From contig CAWANH010000017.1 of the NCBI GenBank assembly GCA_963783375.1, positions 64,001 to 128,000 of the forward strand: DNA of 64,000 bases, read 5' to 3'. The stretch is from Candidatus Eiseniibacteriota bacterium (GTDB lineage Bacteria; Eisenbacteria; RBG-16-71-46; JABDJR01). The translations under genes and the position numbers were made by a program. The notes below the pieces were generated by a model. It was not told the origin of the DNA, ran no database searches, and saw only the letters and a list, made by a program, of their open reading frames with translations. Below are positions 10,357 through 20,826 of this stretch, one piece after another (the stretch's first letter is position 1; each line of letters begins with the position of its first letter).

Positions 10357-10914
10357 ATGACCGACTTCCCGGACATTCTCACCGAACGTCTTCGCCTCCG
10401 GCGCCTCGAACCGGGGGACGCCGAGACCATGTTCGCCTACCGCTCCGATCCCCGGATCATGGTGTACCAGGGGTGGGAGCCGGCGTCCCGGGAGGAGATC
10501 GCAAGCTACATCGCGTCCCTGGCCGGCGCCGCTCCCGACGTACCCGGTTCCTGGTTCCAGATCGGGATCACCCTTCGGGACGAGGGCGAGCTCATCGGTG
10601 ACGCGGGCATTCACGTTCCGGTTCACGACCGCCGGCAGGCGGAGATCGGGATCACCCTGGTTTCCGAACGCCAGGGCCGGGGCTACGGAACGGAGGCGCT
10701 CCAGGCGGTTCTCGGCTACCTCTTCGGGGAGCTGGGAAAGCACCGGGTATTCGGATCCGTGGATCCCCGGAACGTCCGGTCCATCGCCCTCATGGAGCGG
10801 TTGGGCATGCGGAAGGAGGCGCACCACCGCCTTAGCCTCTGGTTCAAGGGGGAGTGGGTGGACGACGTCATCTATGCCATCCTGGACCGGGAGTGGCACG
10901 ACCGGGTCTCCTAA
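10357..10914 (+). CDS. GNAT N-acetyltransferase, RimJ/RimL type
   Basis: TERLRLR, QGRGYGTEA, NVRSIALMERLGM. Confidence 0.88.
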   Translation: MTDFPDILTERLRLRRLEPGDAETMFAYRSDPRIMVYQGWEPASREEIASYIASLAGAAPDVPGSWFQIGITLRDEGELIGDAGIHVPVHDRRQAEIGITLVSERQGRGYGTEALQAVLGYLFGELGKHRVFGSVDPRNVRSIALMERLGMRKEAHHRLSLWFKGEWVDDVIYAILDREWHDRVS

Positions 10915-11040
10915 CTCGCGCCCGGAGGCGCTTCTAACGGATCGGATTGGCGGGCCGCGCCGGATGGGGTAGCGTTTCGACATGCTCTCCCGCCGGTCAT
11001 TCCGGAACGACCCGACAATAATCGTGAAGCCGGAGGTGAA

Positions 11041-11250
11041 ATGAAGTACGGCGCCCGCAACAAGGTCACGGCCCAGGTCCAGTCAATCAGGAAGGGGGAC
11101 GTGATGTCGCTGGTCAAGTTCGACGTGAGCACCCCCACTCAGATGGCTTCGGTCCTCACGTCCGAGTCGGTGGATCATCTGGAGCTTCACCCCGGAGACA
11201 CGGTGGAACTCATCATCAAGGCGGTCCACGTCCTCCCGGTCAAGGACTGA
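11041..11250 (+). CDS. Single TOBE-domain protein (molbindin/Mop-like)
   Basis: MKYGARN...SVLTSESVDHLELHPGDTVELIIKA; GGAGGT RBS. Confidence 0.82.
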   Translation: MKYGARNKVTAQVQSIRKGDVMSLVKFDVSTPTQMASVLTSESVDHLELHPGDTVELIIKAVHVLPVKD

Positions 11251-11270
11251 CCGCTCGGAATGAACCGACG

Positions 11271-11564
11271 ATGATCTTCATCGTCCTGAGGTTGGCCTCG
11301 GCGTTCCTTCTCTTCGGGGCGCTGGGTTCGCAGACCGCGGGGTACTACCACGCGATTCGCTGGGTGGTCTTCCTGGTCGCGGCCTTCGGATGCTACCGGA
11401 GCATCCGGGGACGCTTCGTGGTCTGGGCCTGGCTCTTCGGCATCACCGCCTTTGCCCTGAATCCATTCGTCTCTCTGCCTCTCGACCGGGGGATGTGGGG
11501 AGCGGTGTACGCGGGGGCGGGCCTGGTCATGCTGGTCTCGATCCTGGGAACCTGGCGCCGGTGA
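11271..11564 (+). CDS. Small membrane protein (DUF6804-like)
   Basis: Hydrophobic segments with GYY..IRWVV and NPF..L.L.R..W patterns. Confidence 0.6.
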   Translation: MIFIVLRLASAFLLFGALGSQTAGYYHAIRWVVFLVAAFGCYRSIRGRFVVWAWLFGITAFALNPFVSLPLDRGMWGAVYAGAGLVMLVSILGTWRR

Positions 11565-11601
11565 TCGGAACGGCTCCACCGGCGGGAAAGAGAACGGGAA
11601 C

Positions 11602-12111
11602 ATGGATCCGGCAATCCTCATCCAAACCCTGGACCGTTCCGGCCGGGTGCTCGGCGGGTTCTTCGCCGGGCTCTCCCCGGAGGAGGCCCGGTGGAAGCCC
11701 GCCCCGGGGACGTGGTCGATGCTCGAGGTATTGAACCACCTGATCGACGAGGAGCGGGACGACTTCCGGAAGCGGATCGATCTCACCCTCCGCGACCCGT
11801 CCGAGCCGTGGCCTCCCATCGATCCCGAGGGCTGGGCCCGGGACCGGAGCTACAACACCCGCGACATCGAGGCCTCGGCCATCGCCTTCCGCGAGGAGCG
11901 GGCGGCCTCGGTGGACTGGCTTCTCGCCCTGGAGCAACCGGCGTGGTCGAACGAGCATCGCCACCCCAAGCTGGGCGGGCTCCGGGCCGGAGACCTCCTG
12001 GCGTCGTGGGCGGCCCACGACGTTCTCCACACCCGCCAGCTTGCCAACCTCCGGCTGGAATACCTGCGCCGGCAGACCGATCCCTACTCCATCGACTATG
12101 CCTCGCCCTGA
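11602..12111 (+). CDS. DinB/YfiT family metal-binding protein
   Basis: WSMLEVLNHL and WAAHDVLHTRQL His motifs. Confidence 0.85.
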   Translation: MDPAILIQTLDRSGRVLGGFFAGLSPEEARWKPAPGTWSMLEVLNHLIDEERDDFRKRIDLTLRDPSEPWPPIDPEGWARDRSYNTRDIEASAIAFREERAASVDWLLALEQPAWSNEHRHPKLGGLRAGDLLASWAAHDVLHTRQLANLRLEYLRRQTDPYSIDYASP

Positions 12112-12360
12112 GCGGCGGGCCGGGGCTTCGGCCGAATCCCCCCGGCCGTGGGCCGGCTCCGGCCGCCCGCATCGCCCCCCGAGGCCTCGGCCGAGCGATC
12201 TCCCCACGCTCCAACTTCTTGACGATTCCGGGGTTACGGGTTCGGTGGGCTCCCGGTATGCTCCGAGGGGAGAACATTCTGGAATCGCCCGGCCCGGGTG
12301 CCGATCTTTGAGCAGAAGATCAACGCGGAGAACCACTTGGAGGAGGGCGTCGGCCGAAGC

Positions 12361-13167
12361 ATGAGATCCGTGGACTGGACCGCGCCCCTGCGCGCGATCG
12401 GCGAGACCGTGATCGGGATGGTGATGGCCTGGGGTCGCTTCGCGCTTTTCCTCGGCGACCTGGCCCGGGAGCTGGTGCCGGGGCTTCGCTACCAGCGGCT
12501 CATCTTCGCCCAGGCCGGGTTCATCGGGGTCGATTCGATGCCCCTGGTGTTCCTGACCTCCCTCTTCGTGGGCGGCGTGGCGGCGCTCCAGAGCGCCTAC
12601 CAGTTCCAGGGCACCATCCCGCTGGTTTACGTGGGAACGGTGATCTCCAAATCGGTGTTCATCGAGCTGGGGCCGGTCCTTACCGCGCTGGTGGTGGGCG
12701 CCCGGGTGGGCTCCTCCTTCGCCGCGGAGATCGGCACCATGCGGGTGACCGAGCAGATCGACGCGCTGGAGACCCTGGCCATCCGGCCGGTGCGGTTCCT
12801 GGCCGTGCCCCGGTTCCTGGCCGCGCTGGTCATGCTCCCGGCCATCACCGTCTTTGCCGACCTGATCGCCATTCTGGGCGGGATGGCGGTGGCGGTGACC
12901 CGGGTGGGGATCTCGGTCACCACCTTCAACCGGGGGATGAAGCTCCTGTTCGAGGTGAACGACATCTACGGCGGGCTCCTCAAGTCATTCGTGTTCGGCG
13001 CCATCATCGCCATCGAAGGGTGTTTCTACGGGTTCCAGACCACCGGCGGCGCGGAAGGGGTGGGGGTGGCGACCACCAAGGCGGTGGTGGCCAGCTCGGT
13101 GCTCATCCTGGTGGCGGACTACTTCCTGGCCGAGGTCATCTTCAGGATCATCTTCCCCGCGCACTGA
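12361..13167 (+). CDS. mlaE: MlaE family ABC permease
   Basis: ELGPVLTAL, AEIGTMRVTEQIDALE, GGAEGVGVATT. Confidence 0.92.
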   Translation: MRSVDWTAPLRAIGETVIGMVMAWGRFALFLGDLARELVPGLRYQRLIFAQAGFIGVDSMPLVFLTSLFVGGVAALQSAYQFQGTIPLVYVGTVISKSVFIELGPVLTALVVGARVGSSFAAEIGTMRVTEQIDALETLAIRPVRFLAVPRFLAALVMLPAITVFADLIAILGGMAVAVTRVGISVTTFNRGMKLLFEVNDIYGGLLKSFVFGAIIAIEGCFYGFQTTGGAEGVGVATTKAVVASSVLILVADYFLAEVIFRIIFPAH

Positions 13168-13177
13168 CGCCGGGCGG

Positions 13178-14017
13178 GTGACGGAGCAGACGATTGAAAC
13201 CGATTCGAAAGACGGAAAACCGGGCATGATCGAGATCCGGAACCTCCAGAAGCGGTTCGAGAAGCAGGTCGTCCTGGACGGCGTGGACCTCGACATCCGG
13301 GACGGGGAGAGCATCGTGGTGCTCGGCCGTTCGGGCTCGGGGAAGAGCGTGCTCCTGAAGCACATCATCGGGCTCATGGCCCCCGACGGGGGCTCGGTCC
13401 TGGTCGACGGGAAGGACGTGACCAAGCTCGGGTACACCGGGTTGGCCGAGCTCCGCAAGCGGTTCGGCATGCTGTTCCAGATGGCCGCGCTCTTCGATTC
13501 CATGACGGTGGGGGAGAACATCGGGCTCTCGCTCCGCGAACACCGGAAGATGACGAAGGCGGAGATCGCGCGGGTGGTGGCGGAGAAGCTGGATCTGGTC
13601 GGCCTGGAGGGGATCGAGGACAAGAAGCCCGCCGATCTCTCGGGCGGGATGCGAAAGCGGGTGGGGTTGGCGCGCGCCATCGCCATGGACCCCGACTACA
13701 TTCTCTACGACGAGCCCACCACCGGGCTCGATCCGGTCACCGCCCAGCAGATCAACGAGCTCATTCGCGAGCTCCAGCACAAGCTCAGCGTCACCTCCAT
13801 CGTGGTGACCCACGACCTCCACAGCGCCTATTTCGTCGGTGACCGGCTGTGCCTCCTCTTCCAGGGGAAGATCTACTTCGACGGGACCCCGGAGGAGATT
13901 CAGAAGAGCGGCGATCCGGTGGTCCACCAGTTCATCACCGCCAGCGCCGAAGGTCCGCTCACCAGCGAGCCGGAGATCGAGCTCCACTTCGGCCCCGCGG
14001 GATCCAAGCGCTACTAG
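13178..14017 (+). CDS. mlaF: MlaF family ABC ATPase
   Basis: GRSGSGKS, LSGGMRKRVGLARA, YDEPTTGLDP, VTHD. Confidence 0.92.
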   Translation: MTEQTIETDSKDGKPGMIEIRNLQKRFEKQVVLDGVDLDIRDGESIVVLGRSGSGKSVLLKHIIGLMAPDGGSVLVDGKDVTKLGYTGLAELRKRFGMLFQMAALFDSMTVGENIGLSLREHRKMTKAEIARVVAEKLDLVGLEGIEDKKPADLSGGMRKRVGLARAIAMDPDYILYDEPTTGLDPVTAQQINELIRELQHKLSVTSIVVTHDLHSAYFVGDRLCLLFQGKIYFDGTPEEIQKSGDPVVHQFITASAEGPLTSEPEIELHFGPAGSKRY

Positions 14018-14026
14018 GAGACGACC

Positions 14027-14932
14027 ATGTCCGAACGGAAACAGCAGATCCAGGTCGGAATCCTATTCATGCTGGCCGTCATCGTGCTCATCGCCGGCGT
14101 GATGTGGTTCAAGGACTTCAAGATCGGGGGCGCCACCTACCAGGTCCGGGTGGATTTCCCCTCCACCAGCGGGTTGGTGAGCGGTGACCCGGTCGAGGTC
14201 CGGGGGGTGACCTCGGGCAAGGTCGCGTCCATCGACTATCACGAGGGCAAGGCGATCGTCACCCTCCAGCTCGACCGGAACGTGATCCTCTACCGGGGAA
14301 CCCGGATCGAGCTCCAGAACGTGGGGATCATGGGGCAGAAGCTGGTGGCGGTCTTTCCCGGTCCCCCCCAGAACCCGCCCCTCTCCCCGGAAACCCTCCT
14401 CCACGGCGAGTACCAACCCGGGATCCCCCAGCTCATGGCCGGGCTCGGCGGGACCCTCGACACCTTCGAGCAGTTCGCGGCGCGGTTGGATTCCCTGTTG
14501 GCCAATTTCGACGAGGCCCAGCAGGGCCAGCTCAGCCGGACCCTGGACAACACCGAGAAGCTCACCCATGAGATGGTGCTGCTCCTCAAGCAGCATCGCG
14601 AGGACCTCTCCACGACCCTGGGCGCCCTGGCTCGCACCACCTCCGAGCTGGATACCGCCCTCGCCGGGCGGGGCCCGGTCCTCGGACGCTTCATCGACAA
14701 CACCGCCCAGGCCAGCACCCGGCTCGACAGCACCCTGATCGTCCTCGACCAGACCGCCCGGCACCTGGACCGGCTGATCAACCACATCGACGCCGGGGAG
14801 GGGACCGCGGGCAAGCTCCTGAGCGACCAGGCCCTCTACGATGAGATGGTCTCCACCCTGGGCAAGGCCCAGGCCCTCATGGAGGACATCCAGAAGAATC
14901 CCCGCCGCTACTTCAAGGTCAGCGTGTTCTGA
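14027..14932 (+). CDS. mlaD: MlaD/MCE family protein
   Basis: N-terminal TM helix, GL..GDPVEVRGV..GKV MCE motif, helical tail GEGTAGKLL...NPRRY. Confidence 0.88.
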   Translation: MSERKQQIQVGILFMLAVIVLIAGVMWFKDFKIGGATYQVRVDFPSTSGLVSGDPVEVRGVTSGKVASIDYHEGKAIVTLQLDRNVILYRGTRIELQNVGIMGQKLVAVFPGPPQNPPLSPETLLHGEYQPGIPQLMAGLGGTLDTFEQFAARLDSLLANFDEAQQGQLSRTLDNTEKLTHEMVLLLKQHREDLSTTLGALARTTSELDTALAGRGPVLGRFIDNTAQASTRLDSTLIVLDQTARHLDRLINHIDAGEGTAGKLLSDQALYDEMVSTLGKAQALMEDIQKNPRRYFKVSVF

Positions 14933-15098
14933 CCGTGAACGCCGCCGGTCGTGCTTCCCGGCCCGCCCCGCTTCGCCTAGACTGCCATGGAGGAGCCTTG
15001 TCCGGTTCGAGGGGCAGCGCCGCCCATTTCCCCGCCGGCGTACCCGCTCCGGACCCCGGTCGAATCCGTCCGTCCGACCCCGTCGGAAGGGAGCGTTG

Positions 15099-16616
15099 AT
15101 GAAGGTCAAGAGCCGGTTCGTCTGCCGGGCCTGCGGGCACGCGAACCCCAAATGGCTCGGGCGGTGTCCCGAGTGCGGGGAGTGGAATTCCCTCGAGGAG
15201 CAGAGGGTAGAGAGCCGCCCGGGGGGGCTTCGCGCGCCCCGTAAGGCCGCCGGGGGCGGCGCCTCGGCGGTGAAGCGGCTGGGCGAGATCGACACTGAAA
15301 GCCTCCCCCGCTACCGCACCGGACTCGACGAGTTCGACCGGGTCCTGGGCGGCGGGCTGGTCCCCGGGAGCCTGGTTCTGGTGGCCGGGGACCCCGGGGT
15401 GGGGAAATCCACGCTCCTCCTCCAGGCGGCCTCGGCCTACGCCGCCCAGGGGCTTCAGGTCCTCTACGTAAGCGCCGAGGAATCCGAAAGACAGCTTCGC
15501 ATGCGGAGCCGCCGCCTGGGCGACGTGGACGAGCGCATCCAGGTCCTGGCCTCCACCCGCCTGGAGACCGTGGCCCCGGCGGTGGAGGAGGCCCGGGTGG
15601 ATCTCATCATCGTGGATTCGGTCCAGACCCTGCATCACGGGGAGACCGGCGGCGCTCCGGGGAGCGTGGGGCAGGTGCGGGACAACACCCTCTACTTCAT
15701 GGAGCTGGCCAAGCGTACCCAGGTGCCGGTGCTCCTGGTGGGCCACGTGACCAAGGAGGGGACGGTGGCCGGACCCCGGGTGATGGAGCACATGGTGGAC
15801 GCGGTGCTCTACCTGGAGGGCGACCGTTTCCACCACTACCGCATGCTCCGCGCGGCCAAGAACCGGTTCGGCCCCACCCACGAGGTGGGGGTGTTCGAGA
15901 TGCGCGACTCCGGGCTCACCCAGGTAGAGAACCCCTCCGAGTTCCTGCTCGAGGAGCGCCGGGAAGGGATGTCGGGATCGGCGGTGGTGGTGGCCCTGGA
16001 GGGGACCCGCCCCATCCTGCTGGAGGTCCAGGCCCTGGTGTCCGGCTCGGGGTTCAGCGTGCCCCGCCGGGTGGCCACCGGGGTGGACCAGCGCCGGTTG
16101 GCCGTGCTGCTGGCCGTTCTGGAGAAGCGGGCGGGGCTGGACTTCTCCATGAGCGACGTCTTCGTGAAGGTGGCCGGCGGGTTCCGCATCGCCGAGCCCG
16201 CGGTGGATCTCGCCCTGGCGCTGGCGGTAGCCTCGTCCTACCACGACGTGCCCCTGGACGCGCGGACGGTGGTGGTGGGGGAGGTGGGGCTGGGGGGCGA
16301 GGTGCGGCGGGTGGGACAGATCGCGCGCCGGGTCCACGAGGCGGCCAAGCTCGGCTTCAACCACGCGGTGGTGCCGGCCCGGGGGGTGGAAGAAGTGCAG
16401 GAACCGCCCCTGGAACTCACGGGCGTCTCCCGGGTGGACGAGGCATTGGAGAAGACGCTGGGGCTCTCGGAGTCCGGCGGTCGCTCCCCGGAGTCGGGCG
16501 GCGGGCCCGGGCCGCGGGGCGCACCGCGCCGGGGCCTCGGCGACCGCCGGCCGGCCGGATCCGCCGGAGCGAGGGCGGGACGATCCGGCCCGCCCGGTCG
16601 AGGGAGGACCTCATGA
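15099..16616 (+). CDS. radA: DNA repair protein RadA/Sms
   Basis: CRACG..CPECG zinc finger, GDPGVGKSTLLLQ, KNRFG, Lon-like C-terminus. Confidence 0.96.
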   Translation: MKVKSRFVCRACGHANPKWLGRCPECGEWNSLEEQRVESRPGGLRAPRKAAGGGASAVKRLGEIDTESLPRYRTGLDEFDRVLGGGLVPGSLVLVAGDPGVGKSTLLLQAASAYAAQGLQVLYVSAEESERQLRMRSRRLGDVDERIQVLASTRLETVAPAVEEARVDLIIVDSVQTLHHGETGGAPGSVGQVRDNTLYFMELAKRTQVPVLLVGHVTKEGTVAGPRVMEHMVDAVLYLEGDRFHHYRMLRAAKNRFGPTHEVGVFEMRDSGLTQVENPSEFLLEERREGMSGSAVVVALEGTRPILLEVQALVSGSGFSVPRRVATGVDQRRLAVLLAVLEKRAGLDFSMSDVFVKVAGGFRIAEPAVDLALALAVASSYHDVPLDARTVVVGEVGLGGEVRRVGQIARRVHEAAKLGFNHAVVPARGVEEVQEPPLELTGVSRVDEALEKTLGLSESGGRSPESGGGPGPRGAPRRGLGDRRPAGSAGARAGRSGPPGRGRTS

Positions 16617-17323
16617 ACGACGTCGGACTCCTCATCGTGGCCGCCGGGCGCGGCGAGCGGCTGGGGTACCCCGAGGACAAGGCGCTGGTGCCGCTCTTCG
16701 GCCATCCGCTCCTCGCCTGGACGCTGCTGGCCTTCGACGACTTCCACCAGATCGTGGAGCGGGTGGTGGTGGTCCCGCCGGGACGGGAGGATGAGTACCA
16801 GTCCCTCGTGGTGGAGCCGCTCCACCTCCAGCGCGACGTGGATCTGGTGGCGGGGGGAGCCGAGCGCCAGGATTCGGTGGCCAACGGTCTCGACGCCATG
16901 GGCGGGAAACCCCATTGGGTGGTGGTGCACGACGCCGCGCGGCCGCTGGTTTCCCGGGACCTGATCACCCGGGTGCTGGACACCCTGGACGGGGGGGAGT
17001 GCGTGGTTCCCGCGCTCCCGCTCCGGGACAGCGTGGCCCGGATCGGCTTCGAGTCCTGGCTCAAGGGATACATGGACCGCTCGGAGCTTCTGGCGGTGCA
17101 GACCCCCCAGGGGTTCCATCGTCCGGTTCTGGAGTACGCCCATCAACGAGCCAAGGCCGAGCACTACCGGGGAAACGACGATGCCTCGCTCCTCCTTCGC
17201 ATCAACCATCCGGTATCCTGGATCGAGGGAGAGGTCACCAATTTCAAGATCACCGTCCCCGGGGACGTGGAGCTGGCGGAGGCCGTGCTCACCAGCCGGG
17301 GATATCGCCGCGAGACGCCCTGA
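16613..17323 (+). CDS. ispD: 2-C-methyl-D-erythritol 4-phosphate cytidylyltransferase
   Basis: AAGRGERLG, GGAERQDSV, VHDAARP, QTPQGF, NFKIT. Confidence 0.92.
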   Translation: MNDVGLLIVAAGRGERLGYPEDKALVPLFGHPLLAWTLLAFDDFHQIVERVVVVPPGREDEYQSLVVEPLHLQRDVDLVAGGAERQDSVANGLDAMGGKPHWVVVHDAARPLVSRDLITRVLDTLDGGECVVPALPLRDSVARIGFESWLKGYMDRSELLAVQTPQGFHRPVLEYAHQRAKAEHYRGNDDASLLLRINHPVSWIEGEVTNFKITVPGDVELAEAVLTSRGYRRETP

Positions 17324-17362
17324 CCGGGGGCGGCCCGCGGTGACGGAAAAGGAGATCACGTC

Positions 17363-17857
17363 ATGAGCGCCCTGCCTTTCCGTGTGGGTCATGGATTCGA
17401 CGCCCACCGCTTCGCCGCGGGGCGGCCGCTGATCCTGGGTGGGGTGCGGATCCCGCATCCCCAGGGTCTGGATGGACATTCCGACGCCGACGTGTTGACG
17501 CACGCGGTGATCGATGCCTTGTTGGGGGCGCTGGCTTTGGGAGATCTGGGCCGCCACTTTCCCCCCGGCGACGAGCGGTGGAAGGGGGCGGACAGCCTGG
17601 ACCTTCTCCGCCACACCCTGGCCCTCCTTCAGCACAAGGGAGCGCGGGCGGAGCAGCTGGACTGCATCCTTTACCTGGAACAGCCGCGAATCTCGGCGCA
17701 CCTGGACGAGATGCGGGCCCGCCTGGCCGAAGCGCTGAGCCTCCCCGCCGATCGCATCTCGGTGAAGGCCACCACCACCGAGGGGATGGGGTTCGTCGGG
17801 CGCGGGGAGGGGGCGGCGGCCTCGGCGGTGGCGCTGGTGTCGGTCAAGGAAGGTTAG
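17363..17857 (+). CDS. ispF: 2-C-methyl-D-erythritol 2,4-cyclodiphosphate synthase
   Basis: GHGFDAH, GHSDADVLTHA, KATTTEGMGFVGRGEG. Confidence 0.95.
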   Translation: MSALPFRVGHGFDAHRFAAGRPLILGGVRIPHPQGLDGHSDADVLTHAVIDALLGALALGDLGRHFPPGDERWKGADSLDLLRHTLALLQHKGARAEQLDCILYLEQPRISAHLDEMRARLAEALSLPADRISVKATTTEGMGFVGRGEGAAASAVALVSVKEG

Positions 17858-17933
17858 ACGGGGCGGCGTGACGACCGCGCCGCGTCTTCCGGCGCGGCCG
17901 CGCGGCGGTCCCGGTCACGGGGGGATTCGGAGC

Positions 17934-18988
17934 ATGCGCATCCTGGTGCTGATGGGGGGGAACAGCACGGAGCGGGACGTGAGCCTGGCCACCGGGCGGG
18001 GGGTGGCCCGTGCCCTCTTCGCCAAGGGGCACGACGTGGTGGCGCTGGACTCGGCGGACGGACGGCGGCTGAACCTCCCCGACCTGGAGAGCCACCGGAT
18101 CGGGGAAGCGCCGGGGAGCGCGGATCCCTCATCGTCGGACCGGGGCCCGGAGTCCGGCGCGAAGGCTCCCGGTCTTTCCGGCGCGGATTCGGGCGCGGGG
18201 CCGGTGGAGCGGCGCCTTGCCATCGTCCGGAGCCCCGACCTGGTCCGGGCCGACGTGGTCTTCGTGGCGCTTCACGGCGGGATGGGGGAGGACGGCACCC
18301 TCCAGGCGCTCCTGGACCTGGCCCGGGTTCCCTACACCGGCTCGGGGATGCTGGCCAGCGCCCTGGCCATGGACAAGGCGCGGGCCAAGATGATGTTCCG
18401 GGCCGCCGGGGTCCCGACTCCGGGGGGAGCCTCCTGGAGAGCCGCGATGCCCCGATCGACCCCGAAGCCCTGGGGGGATATCCCCTGGTGGTGAAGCCGA
18501 ACTCCCAGGGGTCGAGCGTCGGCGTGCACATCGTCGCCGAGCCGTCCGGACTTCCCGCCGCTCTCGACGACGCGTTCCGGTACGGGCCGGTCCTGGTGGA
18601 GGAGTTCATCCCCGGCCGCGAGGTCACGGTAGCGGTACTTGGGGGGCGGGCGCTTCCGGTGGTGGAGATCTTCCCCGACGGCGGCTTCTACGACTACGGC
18701 CACAAGTACACCAAGGGAAATACGCGGTACCAGGTTCCCGCCGACCTCCCGGAAGCGGTCGCGGCCGAGGCCGCCCGCCTGGGTGAGCTGGCCTTCGTGG
18801 CCCTGGGCTGCGCCGGCGTGGCGCGGGTGGACTTCCGGCTCTCCCCCGACCACCGGCTCTACTGCCTGGAGGTGAACACCGTCCCCGGCATGACCGAGAC
18901 CAGCCTCGTTCCCATGGCCGCCAAGGCGACGGGGGTGAGCTACGAGGAGCTGGTCGAGCGGCTGGTGGAGCTGGCGCGGGGGCGGTAG
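17934..18988 (+). CDS. ddl: D-alanine-D-alanine ligase; apparent 1-bp frameshift in the G-run at 18422-18427
   Basis: N-half: GGNSTERDVSL, LHGGMGEDG, YTGS, MDK. C-half: VKPNSQGSSVG, EEFIPGRE, FYDYGHKY, RVDF, EVNTVPGMT. Adding one G joins them through ...DPEALGGYPLVVKP. Confidence 0.9.
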
Positions 18989-19061
18989 GTCGGCTGGAGG
19001 TGCGTCGCGCCGGGCGATCGGTGGGCGCGCGACCGAACCGGGTCGCACGCCCGCACCCCCC

Positions 19062-20123
19062 TCACCACCGGAGCAGCATCATCTCCGCCGCGAACCCCGG
19101 ACCCATGGCGGCTACGAAACCGTACTCACCCGCGTCGATCCCGCCGTCCCCCCACAGCTCGTCCAGCGAGAACAGCACCGAGGCCGAGGACAGGTTTCCG
19201 TACTTGCGAAGGGCCTCCCGGCTCGCGGCGAGGGCCTCGCGGGGGAGCCCCAACCCGCGGCGATAGGCTTCGAGCACCTGGCGACCCCCCGGGTGAAGGG
19301 CGAAGTGGCGGATCCCGGAAAGCTCCAGCCCGTTTCGGGCCAGGAAATCCGTCGCGACCGGGGGGAGCGCCTCGGCGATGAAGGCGGGGACCCCGGGGTC
19401 GAGCACCAGCCGGAACCCGTCCTCCGAGAATGCCCAGCCCATGAGATGACCGCTCTCCGGAAACCGATGGGTTTCCGCGCTCGCCACCGCCGGGCCGGGC
19501 TCGGTCCGCCCGCCGCCCACCAGGACCGCCGCCCCCGCCCCGTCCCCGAAGAGCGCGGTCCCCACCAGGTTCACCTTGGTCACGTCCTCGAGCAGCAACG
19601 TCAGGGTGCAGAGTTCGACGGCGAGGACCACCGCGACGCCCTCGGGGCGCAGGCGCAACCGGTCCGAGGCCATGGCCAACCCCCCCGCTCCCCCCGCGCA
19701 ACCCAATCCGAAGAGGGGGATCCGCCGCACCTCCGGCTTCATCCCCAGGCGTTCGGCCAGAAGCGCGTCCACGCTGGGGGTGGAGAGGCCGGTGGTGGTG
19801 GTGAACAGGAACTCGTCAACGTCCCCGGGCCGAAGCCCCGCCCGGTCCAGGGCCGTTTGCACCGCCCGCTCGCCCAGATCGAGGGCGGCCGCGATGTAGG
19901 CGTCGTTTCGCTCACCGAAAGGCCGCGGGGTCAGGTACCAGTCCCGGGGGCGGGCGGTATAGCGGGTCTCCACCCCCGAGCGGTCGAACACCCGGAGCAG
20001 GCGGTCCACGTCCGGGAGTCCGCCGAAGGCCCGGCGGGCACCGTCCTTCGCCTCCTCCTGGGTCATGGGATGGGGCGGGACGGCGGTGGCCACGGAAGCG
20101 ATGCGGGGCGGGGACGATTTCAT
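19062..20123 (-). CDS. Type III polyketide synthase (chalcone synthase superfamily, SrsA/BpsA-like)
   Basis: Catalytic triad motifs GLGCAGG, HPGG, GNLSS; LFGDGA; MGPGF. Confidence 0.9.
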   Translation of the reverse strand: MKSSPPRIASVATAVPPHPMTQEEAKDGARRAFGGLPDVDRLLRVFDRSGVETRYTARPRDWYLTPRPFGERNDAYIAAALDLGERAVQTALDRAGLRPGDVDEFLFTTTTGLSTPSVDALLAERLGMKPEVRRIPLFGLGCAGGAGGLAMASDRLRLRPEGVAVVLAVELCTLTLLLEDVTKVNLVGTALFGDGAGAAVLVGGGRTEPGPAVASAETHRFPESGHLMGWAFSEDGFRLVLDPGVPAFIAEALPPVATDFLARNGLELSGIRHFALHPGGRQVLEAYRRGLGLPREALAASREALRKYGNLSSASVLFSLDELWGDGGIDAGEYGFVAAMGPGFAAEMMLLRW

Positions 20124-20339
20124 GCTGAATTCCTTCGCGGGGAACGTTTTTACCGGGCGGTCCGCAGGGGGACCGGGAAAGGTCGCCGTGGGCCGTGTAT
20201 CAAGGCTAGCACGGGGAGGTACGGCGGCCCGGTTTGAAAGCTTCTTCCTCCCATGCTAAGCTCTGACTTGTCTGAATCAACTTTGGTTTGATCGCGATCT
20301 TAGTCAAGACATCGTGCCTCGACCGGGTGGGAGGATTAT

Positions 20340-20729
20340 ATGCAGATCTCATTGAACGGCTTGCTCCTTATCGTGGTTGCGGTTGCCGTCATCATCATGG
20401 CGATCTATCTGACCCGATTGGCGATGCAGTTCCGCCAGGTGCTTGAGCGGGTGGAGAAGAACCTCGAGCACTTCGAAACCACGCGGCCCAAGGTGGACCG
20501 CATCCTGGACAATTTCGATGCGGAACTCGAGCAGATTCGCACGGTGACCGCACGGGTGGACGGGATCGCCGGTGACGCCGAGGACGTGAGCGGCGAGATG
20601 CGAAACGCGATCATGCCGCTCCTGCTACAGGTTTCGTCCCTGACCAGTTCCCTGCGCCACGTGAACGCGGCGGTGACCGGTGCCCAGGTGGGCATGCGGG
20701 TTCTCCGACGTCGCTCGCGGCGTCGATGA
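20340..20729 (+). CDS. DUF948/YtxG-like membrane-anchored coiled-coil protein
   Basis: N-terminal TM helix, then a heptad-rich helix; GGAGG RBS; directly upstream of a YtxH-like gene. Confidence 0.6.
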   Translation: MQISLNGLLLIVVAVAVIIMAIYLTRLAMQFRQVLERVEKNLEHFETTRPKVDRILDNFDAELEQIRTVTARVDGIAGDAEDVSGEMRNAIMPLLLQVSSLTSSLRHVNAAVTGAQVGMRVLRRRSRRR

Positions 20730-20826
20730 CCCTCCTCGGGTCCCGGGCCGTCACGCCCGCCGGACCCGCGCGGATCGTCGATCGGCGGAAAACAATGAAC
20801 AAACGAGAAAGAAAGGTGGACTCAAA

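Noticed and set aside
17934-18988. ddl as a true pseudogene or VanA-type D-Ala-D-Lac ligase
   Set aside because: The break is a single base in a G-run with all motifs intact; FYDYGHKY is D-Ala-D-Ala-like, and there are no vanH/vanX neighbours.
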